DNA of 32,000 bases from Methanocaldococcus jannaschii DSM 2661 (GTDB lineage: Archaea; AGJL01; Methanococci; Methanococcales; Methanocaldococcaceae). Shown here in pieces: positions 1 to 9,969 of this stretch. Below the pieces are notes generated by a model. That model was not told the DNA's origin. It was given only the letters and a program-made list of their open reading frames with translations, and did no database searches. Every line of letters begins with the position of its first letter. Position 1 is the first letter of the stretch. The stretch is from the NCBI RefSeq assembly GCF_000091665.1, contig NC_000909.1:563581-595580 (forward strand). The letters are read 5' to 3'. Made by a program: the position numbers and the translations under genes.

Positions 1-987
1 TATGTTGAAAAGATGATTGAGCATAAAGAAGATAGGAACATAGCATTTGACTTCATGGGAGAGCATGACACTTCTCCAATAGATTTAGTAACAAGGAGAT
101 ATGTAACTATAGCAATCATTAAGCCTTATGAATCCTGCCCACAGATTTGTGTCTATTGTCAAAGAAACTGGATGGTGCAAGATTTTGATGCTAAGGCGTT
201 CCCAGGATGGGAGAAGGTTGAGAAAGCTTTAGATTGGTTTGCTGAACACGATTCAATGATTGAAATCTTAATTACAGGAGGAGACCCATTCAGCTTAAGC
301 GATAAAGCTATCGAAAAAATGCTAAATAGAATAGCTGAGATGAACCACGTTGTAGGAGTTAGATTTGGAACAAGAACAATAGTAACTGCCCCAATGAGAA
401 TAACGGATGAATTAGCTGAGTTATTAGGAAGTTTTGAAAAGAGTTTGATGATTTCAACACATGTAGAGAGTTGTTATGAGATAACTCCAGAAGTTGCTGA
501 GGCTGTTAAAAAGTTGAGAACAAATAATATCTACATCTATAATCAACATGTATTCCACAGATATGTAAGTAGGAGATTTGAAAACGTAGCTTTAAGAATT
601 GCTTTAAAGAAGGTTGGAATTATTCCTTACTATACTTTTTATCCAAAAGGGAAGATGGAACATAAAGATTACTTGGTTCCAATAGCAAGATTAGCTCAGG
701 AAGTTAAAGAGGAAGCAAGATTGCTTCCAGGTTCATTTAGAACAGATGAGCCAATATTCAACGTCCCAAGAATGGGGAAAAATCACTTGAGAGCATGGCA
801 GGATAGAGAGTTAATAGCTATAAAGCCAAATGGAAGTAGGGTTTATTTAATGCATCCATGGGAGAAGGGGATATATCCAACTAAACTCTACACATATGAA
901 GATGTTCCAATTAAGGAATACTTAGACAGTTTAAAAGAGATTGGAGAAAACATTGAGGAGTATAAAACAATATGGTATTATTATTAA
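1..987 (+). CDS. KamA-family (lysine 2,3-aminomutase-like) radical SAM protein, 5'-truncated by the window edge
   Basis: Frame is open from base 1 (YVEKM...), so the ATG at 13 is probably internal. Radical SAM cluster motif CPQICVYC (CxxxCxxC), followed by LITGGDPFSL typical of the KamA family. Confidence 0.85.
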   Translation, partial: YVEKMIEHKEDRNIAFDFMGEHDTSPIDLVTRRYVTIAIIKPYESCPQICVYCQRNWMVQDFDAKAFPGWEKVEKALDWFAEHDSMIEILITGGDPFSLSDKAIEKMLNRIAEMNHVVGVRFGTRTIVTAPMRITDELAELLGSFEKSLMISTHVESCYEITPEVAEAVKKLRTNNIYIYNQHVFHRYVSRRFENVALRIALKKVGIIPYYTFYPKGKMEHKDYLVPIARLAQEVKEEARLLPGSFRTDEPIFNVPRMGKNHLRAWQDRELIAIKPNGSRVYLMHPWEKGIYPTKLYTYEDVPIKEYLDSLKEIGENIEEYKTIWYYY

Positions 988-1215
988 ACTTTCTACTTTT
1001 TTTATTCTAATTTATTTTATCTAATTTTTATCAATTGCGCACTCTTTTTTATTTATATTATTGTATTTATATAGTTAAATAAATTTATAGACGAAAAGTT
1101 TATATATTAGAATCGCAAATTTGTGGGGCTTCACAAATGGAGGTGATAATATGAAGAGATAGAAAAAAGCAGTGGGTTATAACTAATGATAACCTGTTAG
1201 GGGGAGGTGAAATTT

Positions 1216-2058
1216 ATGAGAATAGTAAGAATATTGGCTATTTTATTAGCCCTAATTATAGGAACTTCATTGTGTGGATGTTTAAATGACAGTAAAAGTG
1301 AGGCGGATGAATTAATCAAAATGTTACCAGTTGATTATAATGGCTTTGTATATGTGAATTTTAAAAATATTGAAGATAGCAAATATTCATCAGAGTACCG
1401 TTCAAAAATTTTGAATGCTTTAAGATTGGGAAATGCAAACGGTGAAAAGACAGGGATATATATCAACAAAACTAAAAGGATGATTTTTTCAGGCAGTGGT
1501 TATGATAGGTTCGTTATTATTATTGAAGGAGATTATGACTTTGATAAGTTTAAAAATCATCTCAAAGAAATTGGGGTAAATCCAGTAGAAGAGTATGGAG
1601 GATTTAAGATATATACAAAACCTAACGATGATAAAATTGCATTAACATTTTATAAGGATATGATAATTGCAGGGACTAAGCAGGGAGTTTATGACTGCAT
1701 AAATGTAATTAATGGAGAGATGGATTCTTTATTGAAAAATAGAGAAGTTATGGAAATATATGATAGACTTCCATCAGATGCTTGTGTTTATGAAGTTAGT
1801 GGCACTTACAGCCCATGGTATAAAACAGTGGCAGAAGGAATGTCAATATCATTTGAAAATAACGACAGAGTTAAAGTTGTTAGAGTTGAAAAATACAAGG
1901 ATGAAGAGACTGCAAAAGAAAAATATGAAGAGTTATTAAAGAAAAAAGATAGAGATAAAGAAGAAATGGAGAAAAAAGGAATTACTGCAGATATAAAATT
2001 GGATGGACAGTATTTAATTGTAACAGTAGAAGGTCCTGAAGATGAACTTAAAATCTAA
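1216..2058 (+). CDS. Probable secreted lipoprotein of unknown function
   Basis: N-terminal hydrophobic segment ending in LCGC lipobox-like motif (RILAILLALIIGTSLCGCLND). Start moved from 1207 (GTG) to ATG 1216 because gggggaggtga lies just upstream. Confidence 0.7.
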   Translation: MRIVRILAILLALIIGTSLCGCLNDSKSEADELIKMLPVDYNGFVYVNFKNIEDSKYSSEYRSKILNALRLGNANGEKTGIYINKTKRMIFSGSGYDRFVIIIEGDYDFDKFKNHLKEIGVNPVEEYGGFKIYTKPNDDKIALTFYKDMIIAGTKQGVYDCINVINGEMDSLLKNREVMEIYDRLPSDACVYEVSGTYSPWYKTVAEGMSISFENNDRVKVVRVEKYKDEETAKEKYEELLKKKDRDKEEMEKKGITADIKLDGQYLIVTVEGPEDELKI

Positions 2059-2147
2059 TTAAAATTTTTTAAATAATATCTATTTTCTTTTTATTTTCTT
2101 TTTAAGAGAAAGTTATTCTCATTTTTGCAGAAAAATAGCTTATTGCA

Positions 2148-2255
2148 ATGGTATCGAAAGTTTTAGATAAGTTTTTGCATGGTTTTATTTCAATTGTTAT
2201 TGTTGTTGTTCTTATTTTTTATTTGATTAAAAAATTTAATTGTAATTGTTATTAA
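2148..2255 (+). CDS. Candidate unannotated 35-aa single-pass membrane protein MVSKVLDKFLHGFISIVIVVVLIFYLIKKFNCNCY
   Basis: Complete ATG-to-TAA frame in an intergenic gap, with basic N-terminus, about 15-residue hydrophobic core and KK-flanked CNCY tail. No convincing Shine-Dalgarno. Confidence 0.3.
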   Translation: MVSKVLDKFLHGFISIVIVVVLIFYLIKKFNCNCY

Positions 2256-2315
2256 CCATTAACTTTATATTCAATAACATTAAACCAATTTTTAATTTTG
2301 TTATTTGGTGAAAGT

Positions 2316-3491
2316 ATGACATTAAAGATAGCTGTTGTTGGAGCAGGTCCTGCAGGAAGAACATCGGCTATGTTTTTGGCAAAAAATGGCTTTGATGTTG
2401 ATTTATTTGAAAAAGATAGAGTTGGAGGAACTTGTTTAAACTATGGATGCACATATATAACTGGATTAAGAGAAATGGCAGATATTATTAATAATTTAAG
2501 TATTTTAAAAGGAGAGAAGGTTCATTTAGAGGAAATAATTTCATTTAAAGAGTTGCAGGAAAAAATAAATAAAATTCAGGATAGAATTAGGAATAAATTA
2601 GAAAAAGAAACAAAAGAACTTGGAGTAAATATAAAATACAAAGAGTTTAAGAATAAGCATAAGAACGATTATGATTACATCATCTATGCAACTGGAAGAA
2701 ATTATCCTTCCAATTATAATGGATATGAGGTTTTAACTCACAAAGATATACCAAATTTAAGAGAACTGCCAGAAAATATCTTAATTATTGGTGGAGGAGT
2801 TGTAGCTACCGAATATGCTTCAATATTTTCTGACTTTGGCTGTAATGTTGTTCTATACACAAGGTCTAAGATTTTGAAAGAGATTAAGGATGAGGAAATT
2901 AGAGATTACTTAATGAAGAAAGTTATAAACTTTAAAATAATCAATGACAAAGAAGAGCTTGAAAATCTGTTAAAGGATGAAAGTTATACAAAAATCTTAG
3001 CCATTGGTGGAAATGGCAGATTTAAGACAGATGATTACTTGAGGGTTTTAAATGAAGAGAAAGTTTATGCATGTGGAGATTGTTTAATCAACGGTGGAGG
3101 AAATACTCCAATATCAAGGATGGAGGGGAGAGTGGTAGCCCAAAATATCTACAATGAAATAAACAATAAGCCTCTAATAAAACCAAATTATGAATTAATT
3201 CCAAAGACTATAAGGCTGTCTTTAACTATATCTTATGTAGGGAAGCAGACAAATAATTATAAAACAATAAGAAGCTGTGTAGGGAAGGGGAATTTCTTTA
3301 AAGTTTTGAGTGGTGTTGGGATAAATAAAATCTATTATGAAGATGGAAAAATTGTTGGAGCTATAACCATGATGCCTTGTGCTGAAATTCTTCCATACTT
3401 CACTCAGTTAATTAGGGGGATAGATGTTTATAACAACTTCATGGAAGTTCATCCATCAACTGACATATTTTATAAAGAGTTCAGGTCATAA
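2316..3491 (+). CDS. FAD/NAD(P)-dependent pyridine nucleotide-disulfide oxidoreductase (dihydrolipoamide dehydrogenase-like)
   Basis: GAGPAGRTSA FAD-binding motif, GGTCLNYGC redox CxxxxC, IIGGGVVATEYA second Rossmann motif, C-terminal HPSTD. ATG 2316 preceded by ggtga; the track start at 2298 is a TTG. Confidence 0.85.
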   Translation: MTLKIAVVGAGPAGRTSAMFLAKNGFDVDLFEKDRVGGTCLNYGCTYITGLREMADIINNLSILKGEKVHLEEIISFKELQEKINKIQDRIRNKLEKETKELGVNIKYKEFKNKHKNDYDYIIYATGRNYPSNYNGYEVLTHKDIPNLRELPENILIIGGGVVATEYASIFSDFGCNVVLYTRSKILKEIKDEEIRDYLMKKVINFKIINDKEELENLLKDESYTKILAIGGNGRFKTDDYLRVLNEEKVYACGDCLINGGGNTPISRMEGRVVAQNIYNEINNKPLIKPNYELIPKTIRLSLTISYVGKQTNNYKTIRSCVGKGNFFKVLSGVGINKIYYEDGKIVGAITMMPCAEILPYFTQLIRGIDVYNNFMEVHPSTDIFYKEFRS

Positions 3492-3512
3492 AAACAAAGA
3501 ACAAAAAAATAA

Positions 3513-4331
3513 TTAATCAAAAACTGGGTATTTTCCTAAAAGATTGATAAATGTTGTATGCCTCTCCAAAGATTTTAAAATTTCTTCTAACTTTTCCTTA
3601 TTATTTTCAAAGTCAATGTAAAATATGTAAGTTCCCAACCTCTTTTTTGAAGGTCTTGACTCAATCCTTGTTAAATTTATATTTCTTTCAGCAAACTCCT
3701 TTAAAATATGATATAAAGCTCCAGGTTTATCTTCTTTTAACTCAAAAACAATTGAAACTTTATAATTTTTTGGATGATATTTAAATTTAACTTTTTTACC
3801 AATTAAAATAAACCTTGTCTTATTATTTTTATAATCTTCAATATTTTCATCCAATATTTTTAAATTATAATGTTCTGCAGATTCCTTTGAGCCAATAGCT
3901 CCTAAAGTTTCATCTTTACTTTCAGCAACAATTTTCACAGCCTTAGCTGTGCTTTCCACTGCTTTAACATCCCAACCGTGCTTTTTTATATAATTTCTAC
4001 ATTGAGCTAATGCCTGCGGATGAGAAATAACTGTCTTTATCTTATTTTTATCATAACCAATTAAATTGTGGTGTATATCCAAAGCTAACTCTCCTAATAT
4101 TTTAATATCTTTAAATTGCAATAATAAATCTTGAGTTAAAGATACAGAACCTTCAATAGAGTTTTCTATTGGAACAACTCCTAAGCCATTGTTATCTACT
4201 CTTTCAAACACATCATATATGGAATTGCAATAATCTATTTTATAATCTCCATCAATGTAGTCTAAAAATTTCTTTGTAGCTTTTTCACTATACGTTCCTT
4301 TTGGTAATGTATAAATAACTGCTTTATTCAT
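3513..4331 (-). CDS. pheA: Prephenate dehydratase with C-terminal ACT domain
   Basis: VPIENSIEGSV, KTRFILIG and ACT-domain ESRPSKKRLGTYIFYIDFE motifs. Confidence 0.93.
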   Translation of the reverse strand: MNKAVIYTLPKGTYSEKATKKFLDYIDGDYKIDYCNSIYDVFERVDNNGLGVVPIENSIEGSVSLTQDLLLQFKDIKILGELALDIHHNLIGYDKNKIKTVISHPQALAQCRNYIKKHGWDVKAVESTAKAVKIVAESKDETLGAIGSKESAEHYNLKILDENIEDYKNNKTRFILIGKKVKFKYHPKNYKVSIVFELKEDKPGALYHILKEFAERNINLTRIESRPSKKRLGTYIFYIDFENNKEKLEEILKSLERHTTFINLLGKYPVFD

Positions 4332-5005
4332 TCTTTCACCATCTCAATAATTAAAAACTGCCCTTTATTTTTAAAAATTTTTGAGAGTTTTTTATCCACT
4401 GGCTTCCAATATTCTATGATTTTTGATAAAATTATTGGTGGAGATATCTTAAAAATTGAAGGTAGGAAATATACTGAGTTTGAATAAACAATTTTAAAAC
4501 CATCTATTTCAAAATCTTTAATAGATAATGGTTTATGGAAGATTTTGAAATCATTAAAAATTTCTTCTTTAATTAAACTATCTTTATTTACAACAACAAC
4601 TATTAATTTTCCTTTATTTTTTAAAATCCTCCTTATTTCATTTAAAGCTTTTAAATAATTTACATGCTCTAAAACATTTATACATAAAACTAAATCAAAC
4701 GTGTTATCTTTAAAAGGCAAATGTAAGATATTAGCACAAATCTTTCTCTCTTTGAGTTTAAATCTTTTGAGCAAATTTAATGATATATCCAAATATATAG
4801 TGTTGAAGTCTTTTGTTAAATTATAAAAAGCTCCAAAGCCACACCCACAATCTAAAACCAAAAAATCCTTTTTATTTTCAAATTTTTTTAACAATAAAGA
4901 GATTTCTTCAAAAATCAGCTCATCAGCAAAATTCATAAGAAGTTTTATATAGTTTGGGAAATCTTCTGGCTCCCACTTATCATAAAAATCTTTAACCTCC
5001 TTCAT
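4328..5005 (-). CDS. Class I SAM-dependent methyltransferase
   Basis: VLDCGCGFGAF motif I and LVLCINVLEHV; 4-nt overlap with pheA start. Confidence 0.8.
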   Translation of the reverse strand: MKEVKDFYDKWEPEDFPNYIKLLMNFADELIFEEISLLLKKFENKKDFLVLDCGCGFGAFYNLTKDFNTIYLDISLNLLKRFKLKERKICANILHLPFKDNTFDLVLCINVLEHVNYLKALNEIRRILKNKGKLIVVVVNKDSLIKEEIFNDFKIFHKPLSIKDFEIDGFKIVYSNSVYFLPSIFKISPPIILSKIIEYWKPVDKKLSKIFKNKGQFLIIEMVKE

Positions 5006-5289
5006 AGTATCTCACATGTCAGTGTATATATTATCTCATCCTCAAACAGCTTTTTAATTTTTTCTTTGATTTTATTAATCTCCTCTCCACTTAATTCTTC
5101 TCTTAACTCTTTATCAAGCATAAATCCGCATCTGTAATAATAGCCGTTCTCTGAAATTAAAGCCAGCTCTGGATATTCAACAGATAAGATTTTAACATCC
5201 TCTCCTAAAATTTTTAAAACTTCTTTAAATGCTTTTTCAAAGTTAAATCCTTCTCTTACATAAAAAACAGCATCTACAGCTAATTTCAT
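5002..5289 (-). CDS. Conserved hypothetical protein (probable methanogen-specific family)
   Basis: ORF of the operon; ATG at 5289 (MKLAVDAVFYV) preferred over the track start at 5331. Overlaps neighbour by 4 nt. Confidence 0.6.
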   Translation of the reverse strand: MKLAVDAVFYVREGFNFEKAFKEVLKILGEDVKILSVEYPELALISENGYYYRCGFMLDKELREELSGEEINKIKEKIKKLFEDEIIYTLTCEIL

Positions 5290-5318
5290 AGTTTCACCAT
5301 TAAAAATTATATTAAAAA

Positions 5319-6293
5319 TTAACAACCACAAATAAACTCTTTCTCAAAATCAAAAACAACTTCTTTATTTTCACCATCCGTAATATACAATTTCTTTTCA
5401 GCTATAACCTCACCACATATCTCTGCAGTCATCTCAACATCTTCAAAAATATCTTTAATCTCTTTAAAGTTCTCTTCTTTTGCAGTTAAAACATATCCAC
5501 TACCCGGATAAACTTTAAGCCAGTGGATTAAATCAATCTCTTCTGGTTTTGGAATTTTTGTTATATCAACAACTCCTCCTTTCCTTGAAACCTCTAATAA
5601 CATCCCCAAAGTTCCAATAGCCCCTGGATTACTGATATCTTTGCATGAGTTAGCCAATTTATTCTCTGCAATTTGAACTAAAGCATCCATCTGGGCTCTA
5701 ACTAATTTCTTTGATTTCATTGTTGTTGTATCCCAATTTAATGGAAATGATTTATAAATCTGCCCAACTAAATCATAGGCAAAGATAATCTTATCTCCAA
5801 TTTTTGCATTATCACTTCTCAATATACAATCCTTTTTAGCAATGCCAGTTATAGAAACATCTAAAACATTGCACATAGCATCTGGATGTGTATGCCCTCC
5901 AACCATTGGCACTCCAAATTTTTTCACACCATCTTTAACTCCTTTTAAAACCTCTCTGCAAATATCTTTATCTTTTATACTTATTATATTAGTCATCCCT
6001 ACACATTTTCCTCCCATTGCCGCTATGTCTTTACAATTAACTAAGACAGAGCAATAACCTGCCCACCATGGGTCTGCCTCTAAAAGCTTTCCCCAAATTC
6101 CATCAGCGGCTAATAAAATAGCATTATCTCCATCTATCCCTATAACAGCAGCATCATCACCAAAATCTACTATAATATCAAATTCATAATCCTCATCATT
6201 AAAATCAAACGTTTCAACAACATCTTTAATAGCTATCTTCCTTAAAATGCCCTCAAAGTTTCTTATTTCATTAACCACTTTTTTTAAATTCAT
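5319..6293 (-). CDS. AIR synthase-related protein (PurM/SelD/ThiL/HypE superfamily); possibly methanogenesis marker protein 2
   Basis: DFGDDAAVIGIDGDNAILLAADG and MVGGHTHPD resemble the PurM-superfamily ATP-binding core; C-terminal FICGC. Confidence 0.7.
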   Translation of the reverse strand: MNLKKVVNEIRNFEGILRKIAIKDVVETFDFNDEDYEFDIIVDFGDDAAVIGIDGDNAILLAADGIWGKLLEADPWWAGYCSVLVNCKDIAAMGGKCVGMTNIISIKDKDICREVLKGVKDGVKKFGVPMVGGHTHPDAMCNVLDVSITGIAKKDCILRSDNAKIGDKIIFAYDLVGQIYKSFPLNWDTTTMKSKKLVRAQMDALVQIAENKLANSCKDISNPGAIGTLGMLLEVSRKGGVVDITKIPKPEEIDLIHWLKVYPGSGYVLTAKEENFKEIKDIFEDVEMTAEICGEVIAEKKLYITDGENKEVVFDFEKEFICGC

Positions 6294-6451
6294 AGAATCC
6301 CCTTTCTTTTTGGTAATATCGTCTTTTTAATTTTTAATACCATTTCTTTTAAAACTTTCGATTTGTTCTTATTTCACATATTTCCAATTTAAACTCAACA
6401 ATAGAAAAAACTAGTAGAATATTAAAATTAAAAATTAAATTAATTTACTAT

Positions 6452-7699
6452 TTATTGTCCCTTATATTTCTTATATGATTCCTTAAGCATCTCTATTACT
6501 GGCAATTTTTCTCCAGCTAAGAAATCTAAGGTTGCTCCACCTCCCGTACTAACATGGTCAATCTTATCAGCAATTCCAAATAATTCAGCAGCTGCAGATA
6601 AATGCCCTCCTCCAATAACTGAAAACCCTTTTGAGTTAGCTATCGCTTTCAACAGCTCTTCAGTTCCTTTTGCAAATGCCTCTTTTTCAAACACTCCCGC
6701 TGGACCATTGGCAACAATGGTTTTTGCTTCATTAATTATTTCACTGTAAAGTTCGATAGTTTTCTCCCCAATATCATTAATTAAATGTTCTACTTTTTCA
6801 TCCTTATTTAAATCAGCTTCAACCCTCTCTTCATTAATATTTAGGGCTACATCAACAGGGACAACGATTTTATCTTCAAATTTATTTAACAACTCTTTAG
6901 CAATCTCTATTTGGCTTTTTAATCCAAGATTTTCAATAATATCCATATTTACGCCTAAATCATATCCCATAGCTACAAGGAAGATGTTAGCAACAATTCC
7001 TGAAGTTAAAACCTTATCAGCAGTTCCATTTTCTAAGACGTTTTTCATAACTCTTATTGAATCATCTGCCTTAGCTCCTCCCAAAACATAAACACAGGGC
7101 TTTTCTGGATTTTCTAAAACCTTTGATAAAACCCCAACCTCTCTCTCCATCAATCTTCCAGCAATCATTGGCATATAGTAAGAGAAACCAACTAATGATG
7201 GCTGAGCCCTGTGTGCAGCTGCAAAGGCATCATTAACAAAATAGTCAAATAATGGGGCTAATCTTTTAATTAAATTTGTCTCTGCCTGTTTTTTTGGAGT
7301 TATATTTTCCCATTTTTTCCAATCACTTAAAACCTCCTCAGAATAAAACCTAACATTCTCCAATAAAATGACATCTCCACATTTCATATTGATTATTGCC
7401 TCTCTTGCTGTAGAGCCTATAACTTCATCAATATACTCTACTTCTTTACCAATAACATCTGATAAAACCTTTGCATGGTTTTTTAATGTAGTAAAATCTT
7501 TCTTCCCTGGCCTACTTTGGTGAGCTAAGATAACAACCTTAGCACCTTTGTTTATAAGCTCTGTAATTGTGCTTTTTATTTCTCTAATCCTCTTATCATC
7601 TAAAATCTCTCCAGTGTTTGGGTCTATTGGACAGTTTATATCTACTCTCAAAACTACCCTCTTATCTTCAAAATTAAAGTCATCCAACGTCAAAAACAT
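6452..7699 (-). CDS. pgk: Phosphoglycerate kinase
   Basis: [51 protein letters not shown] motifs. ATG 7699 has gaggg at an acceptable distance. Confidence 0.97.
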
Positions 7700-7880
7700 A
7701 ATCATCCCTCTAAGATTTTTATGTTTTTAGAAGTTTTAATAGATTATCGTCATTTGTAGAAACTTTTCTTAGATATTTCCTAATTATCATTTTAAAGTTT
7801 TTAAGGTTTTTGCAGAAAGAATAAATATAAAGAAATCTTAAATAATTATTAAGTTAATTTTAATAACTGATGTGATAACT

Positions 7881-8873
7881 ATGGCATTAAATTTTTACAA
7901 ATACTATAGTCGGCAAATAAAGTATGCCTTACACTTCAATATTCTAAATAATTCAATAATTGATGCTGAAAATAAATACATAAACTTTCAAAAACCATTA
8001 AAAAATGTTATTGTTTCAGATTCTATGTTTATAGACACTGCATATCTCTTAAAGATTAAAAAGATGATTAAAAGCATTAAAGGAGTTTTTTGGGCTGATT
8101 TTGTGTTAAAAAAATATTATCCTCTATACAGTGATTATTTAAAGGGGAAAATATCAAATGTTGGAACAGATGGAAAAATAAACTATGGAGAAATCTTAAA
8201 TATAAATCCGGACATGATATTTTTAATTGATTGGAATATATTCAATCCATTATCTAAGTGGTTGGATAAAAATAACATTCCCTACACAAAAACTGGAAAC
8301 TACAAAGAACCAAAGTTTTTGGGAAAAATGGAGTGGATAAAGTTTTACGCCTCATTTTACAATAAATATAAAAAAGCTGAGAAGGTATTTAACAAGATAA
8401 TTGAAGAAAAAAGAAGGATTTTAAAATCTTTAAATAGTAGAAGCATAAAATATAAACCAGTTGTGGCATTTTTTGGCTATCATAAAAACCAACCATACAT
8501 CTATGGAAAATCCCACTATATTCCCAATTGGATTAGGGAAATAAAAGGCAATTACCTATTTGAAAATGTTGAAGGGACTAACTATCACTATATTGATAGA
8601 AAAATATTTAACAGCAGAGCAAAATATGCTGATGTGTGTATATTAGACACAATGGGAGAGGATATTGACATAAAAGAATTGTTAAAAAACAATCCTCATT
8701 TTTTAAAGTTTAGAGCGTATAAAAATAAGAGATTTTATATAACAACCAAAGATTACCTAAAATTTGAAACACTAAAGTGCTCTGAAGTTATGGAGGAATA
8801 TGTGAAAATTATCCACCCAAAAATTTATCAAAATGGAGATAATGATTTAAAATACTTTATAAAAGTTGTTTAA
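7881..8873 (+). CDS. Periplasmic-binding-protein-like (Fe/cobalamin type, class III) protein lacking an obvious signal peptide
   Basis: [46 protein letters not shown] and [14 protein letters not shown] follow the layout of BtuF/FepB-type binding proteins. N-terminus is not hydrophobic. Confidence 0.6.
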
Positions 8874-8892
8874 AATAAATTTGGGTGATTTT

Positions 8893-9873
8893 ATGCTGAT
8901 AAGGCCAAGAAGATTAAGAAAAAACCAAAAAATTAGAGATTTAGTTAGAGAAACTATATTAACAAAAAATGACTTAATTATGCCAATTTTTGTAGATGAA
9001 AATTTAAAAGGGAATGAGAAGAAGGAGATTAGCTCAATGCCTAATCAGTATAGGTTTAGTGTGGAAGGGGCTATAGAAGAAGCAAAAGAAATAGCTGATT
9101 TAGGCATTCCAGCTGTAATATTATTTGGTATTCCAAAGCATAAGGATGAGATAGCAAGCTCTGCCTACGATAAAAATGGAGTTGTTCAAAGAACTATAAG
9201 GGGAATTAAAGAAGAGTTAGGGGATGAGCTTTTAGTTATTGCCGATTGTTGTTTATGCGAATACACAAGCCATGGACACTGTGGAATAGTTAAAGATGGA
9301 AAGATTTTGAACGATGCCACACTCCCAATATTGGCAAAGATAGCTTTATCCTATGCAGATGCTGGTGTTGATATTGTCGCTCCTTCAGACATGATGGATG
9401 GAAGAGTTAGGGCTATAAGGGAGATTTTAGAAGAAAATGGATATGATGATGTTGCTATAATGAGTTACTCAGCTAAATATGCCTCATCATTTTACGGCCC
9501 GTTTAGAGAAGCGGCTGAAAGTGCCCCTAAATTTGGAGATAGGAAGAGTTATCAGATGGACATAGGAAACGCAAGAGAGGCTTTAAAAGAAATTGCATTG
9601 GATATAGAGGAGGGTGCTGATTTAATTTTGGTTAAGCCAGCTTTGCCTTATTTGGATATAATAAGGATGGCTAAGGACAGGTTTGATGTGCCTATTGGTG
9701 GATACTGCGTTAGCGGAGAGTATGCAATGGTTGAAGCAGCAGCAAGAAATGGATGGTTAGATAGAGAAAAAGTAATTTATGAAATACTGTTAAGTATAAA
9801 AAGGGCTGGAGCTGATTTTATTATAACATATTGGGCTAAGGAGGTTGCTGAAATAGGACTTTCACAGGAATAA
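8893..9873 (+). CDS. hemB: Delta-aminolevulinic acid dehydratase (porphobilinogen synthase)
   Basis: [48 protein letters not shown]-type motifs. ATG 8893 preceded by gggtgat. Confidence 0.97.
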
Positions 9874-9969
9874 AATTTATAAAGGAAATTGATGCCTTTA
9901 GGCATCTAAGTACCTTATTAAAACCTACAAACTGTGAAAGTCCTATTAAAAATTATTGTAGGGAGGGCT

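Noticed and set aside
2106-2126. GAGAA-AGTTA-TTCTC followed by a T-run after the lipoprotein gene, as a bacterial-style terminator
   Set aside because: Stem of only 5 bp; archaeal termination is more likely at the preceding T-tracts.
9934-9969. N-terminal extension of the RraA-like ORF starting at GTG 9934
   Set aside because: The Shine-Dalgarno gggaggg at 9961 points to ATG 9970, and 9934-9947 is the arm of an inverted repeat.
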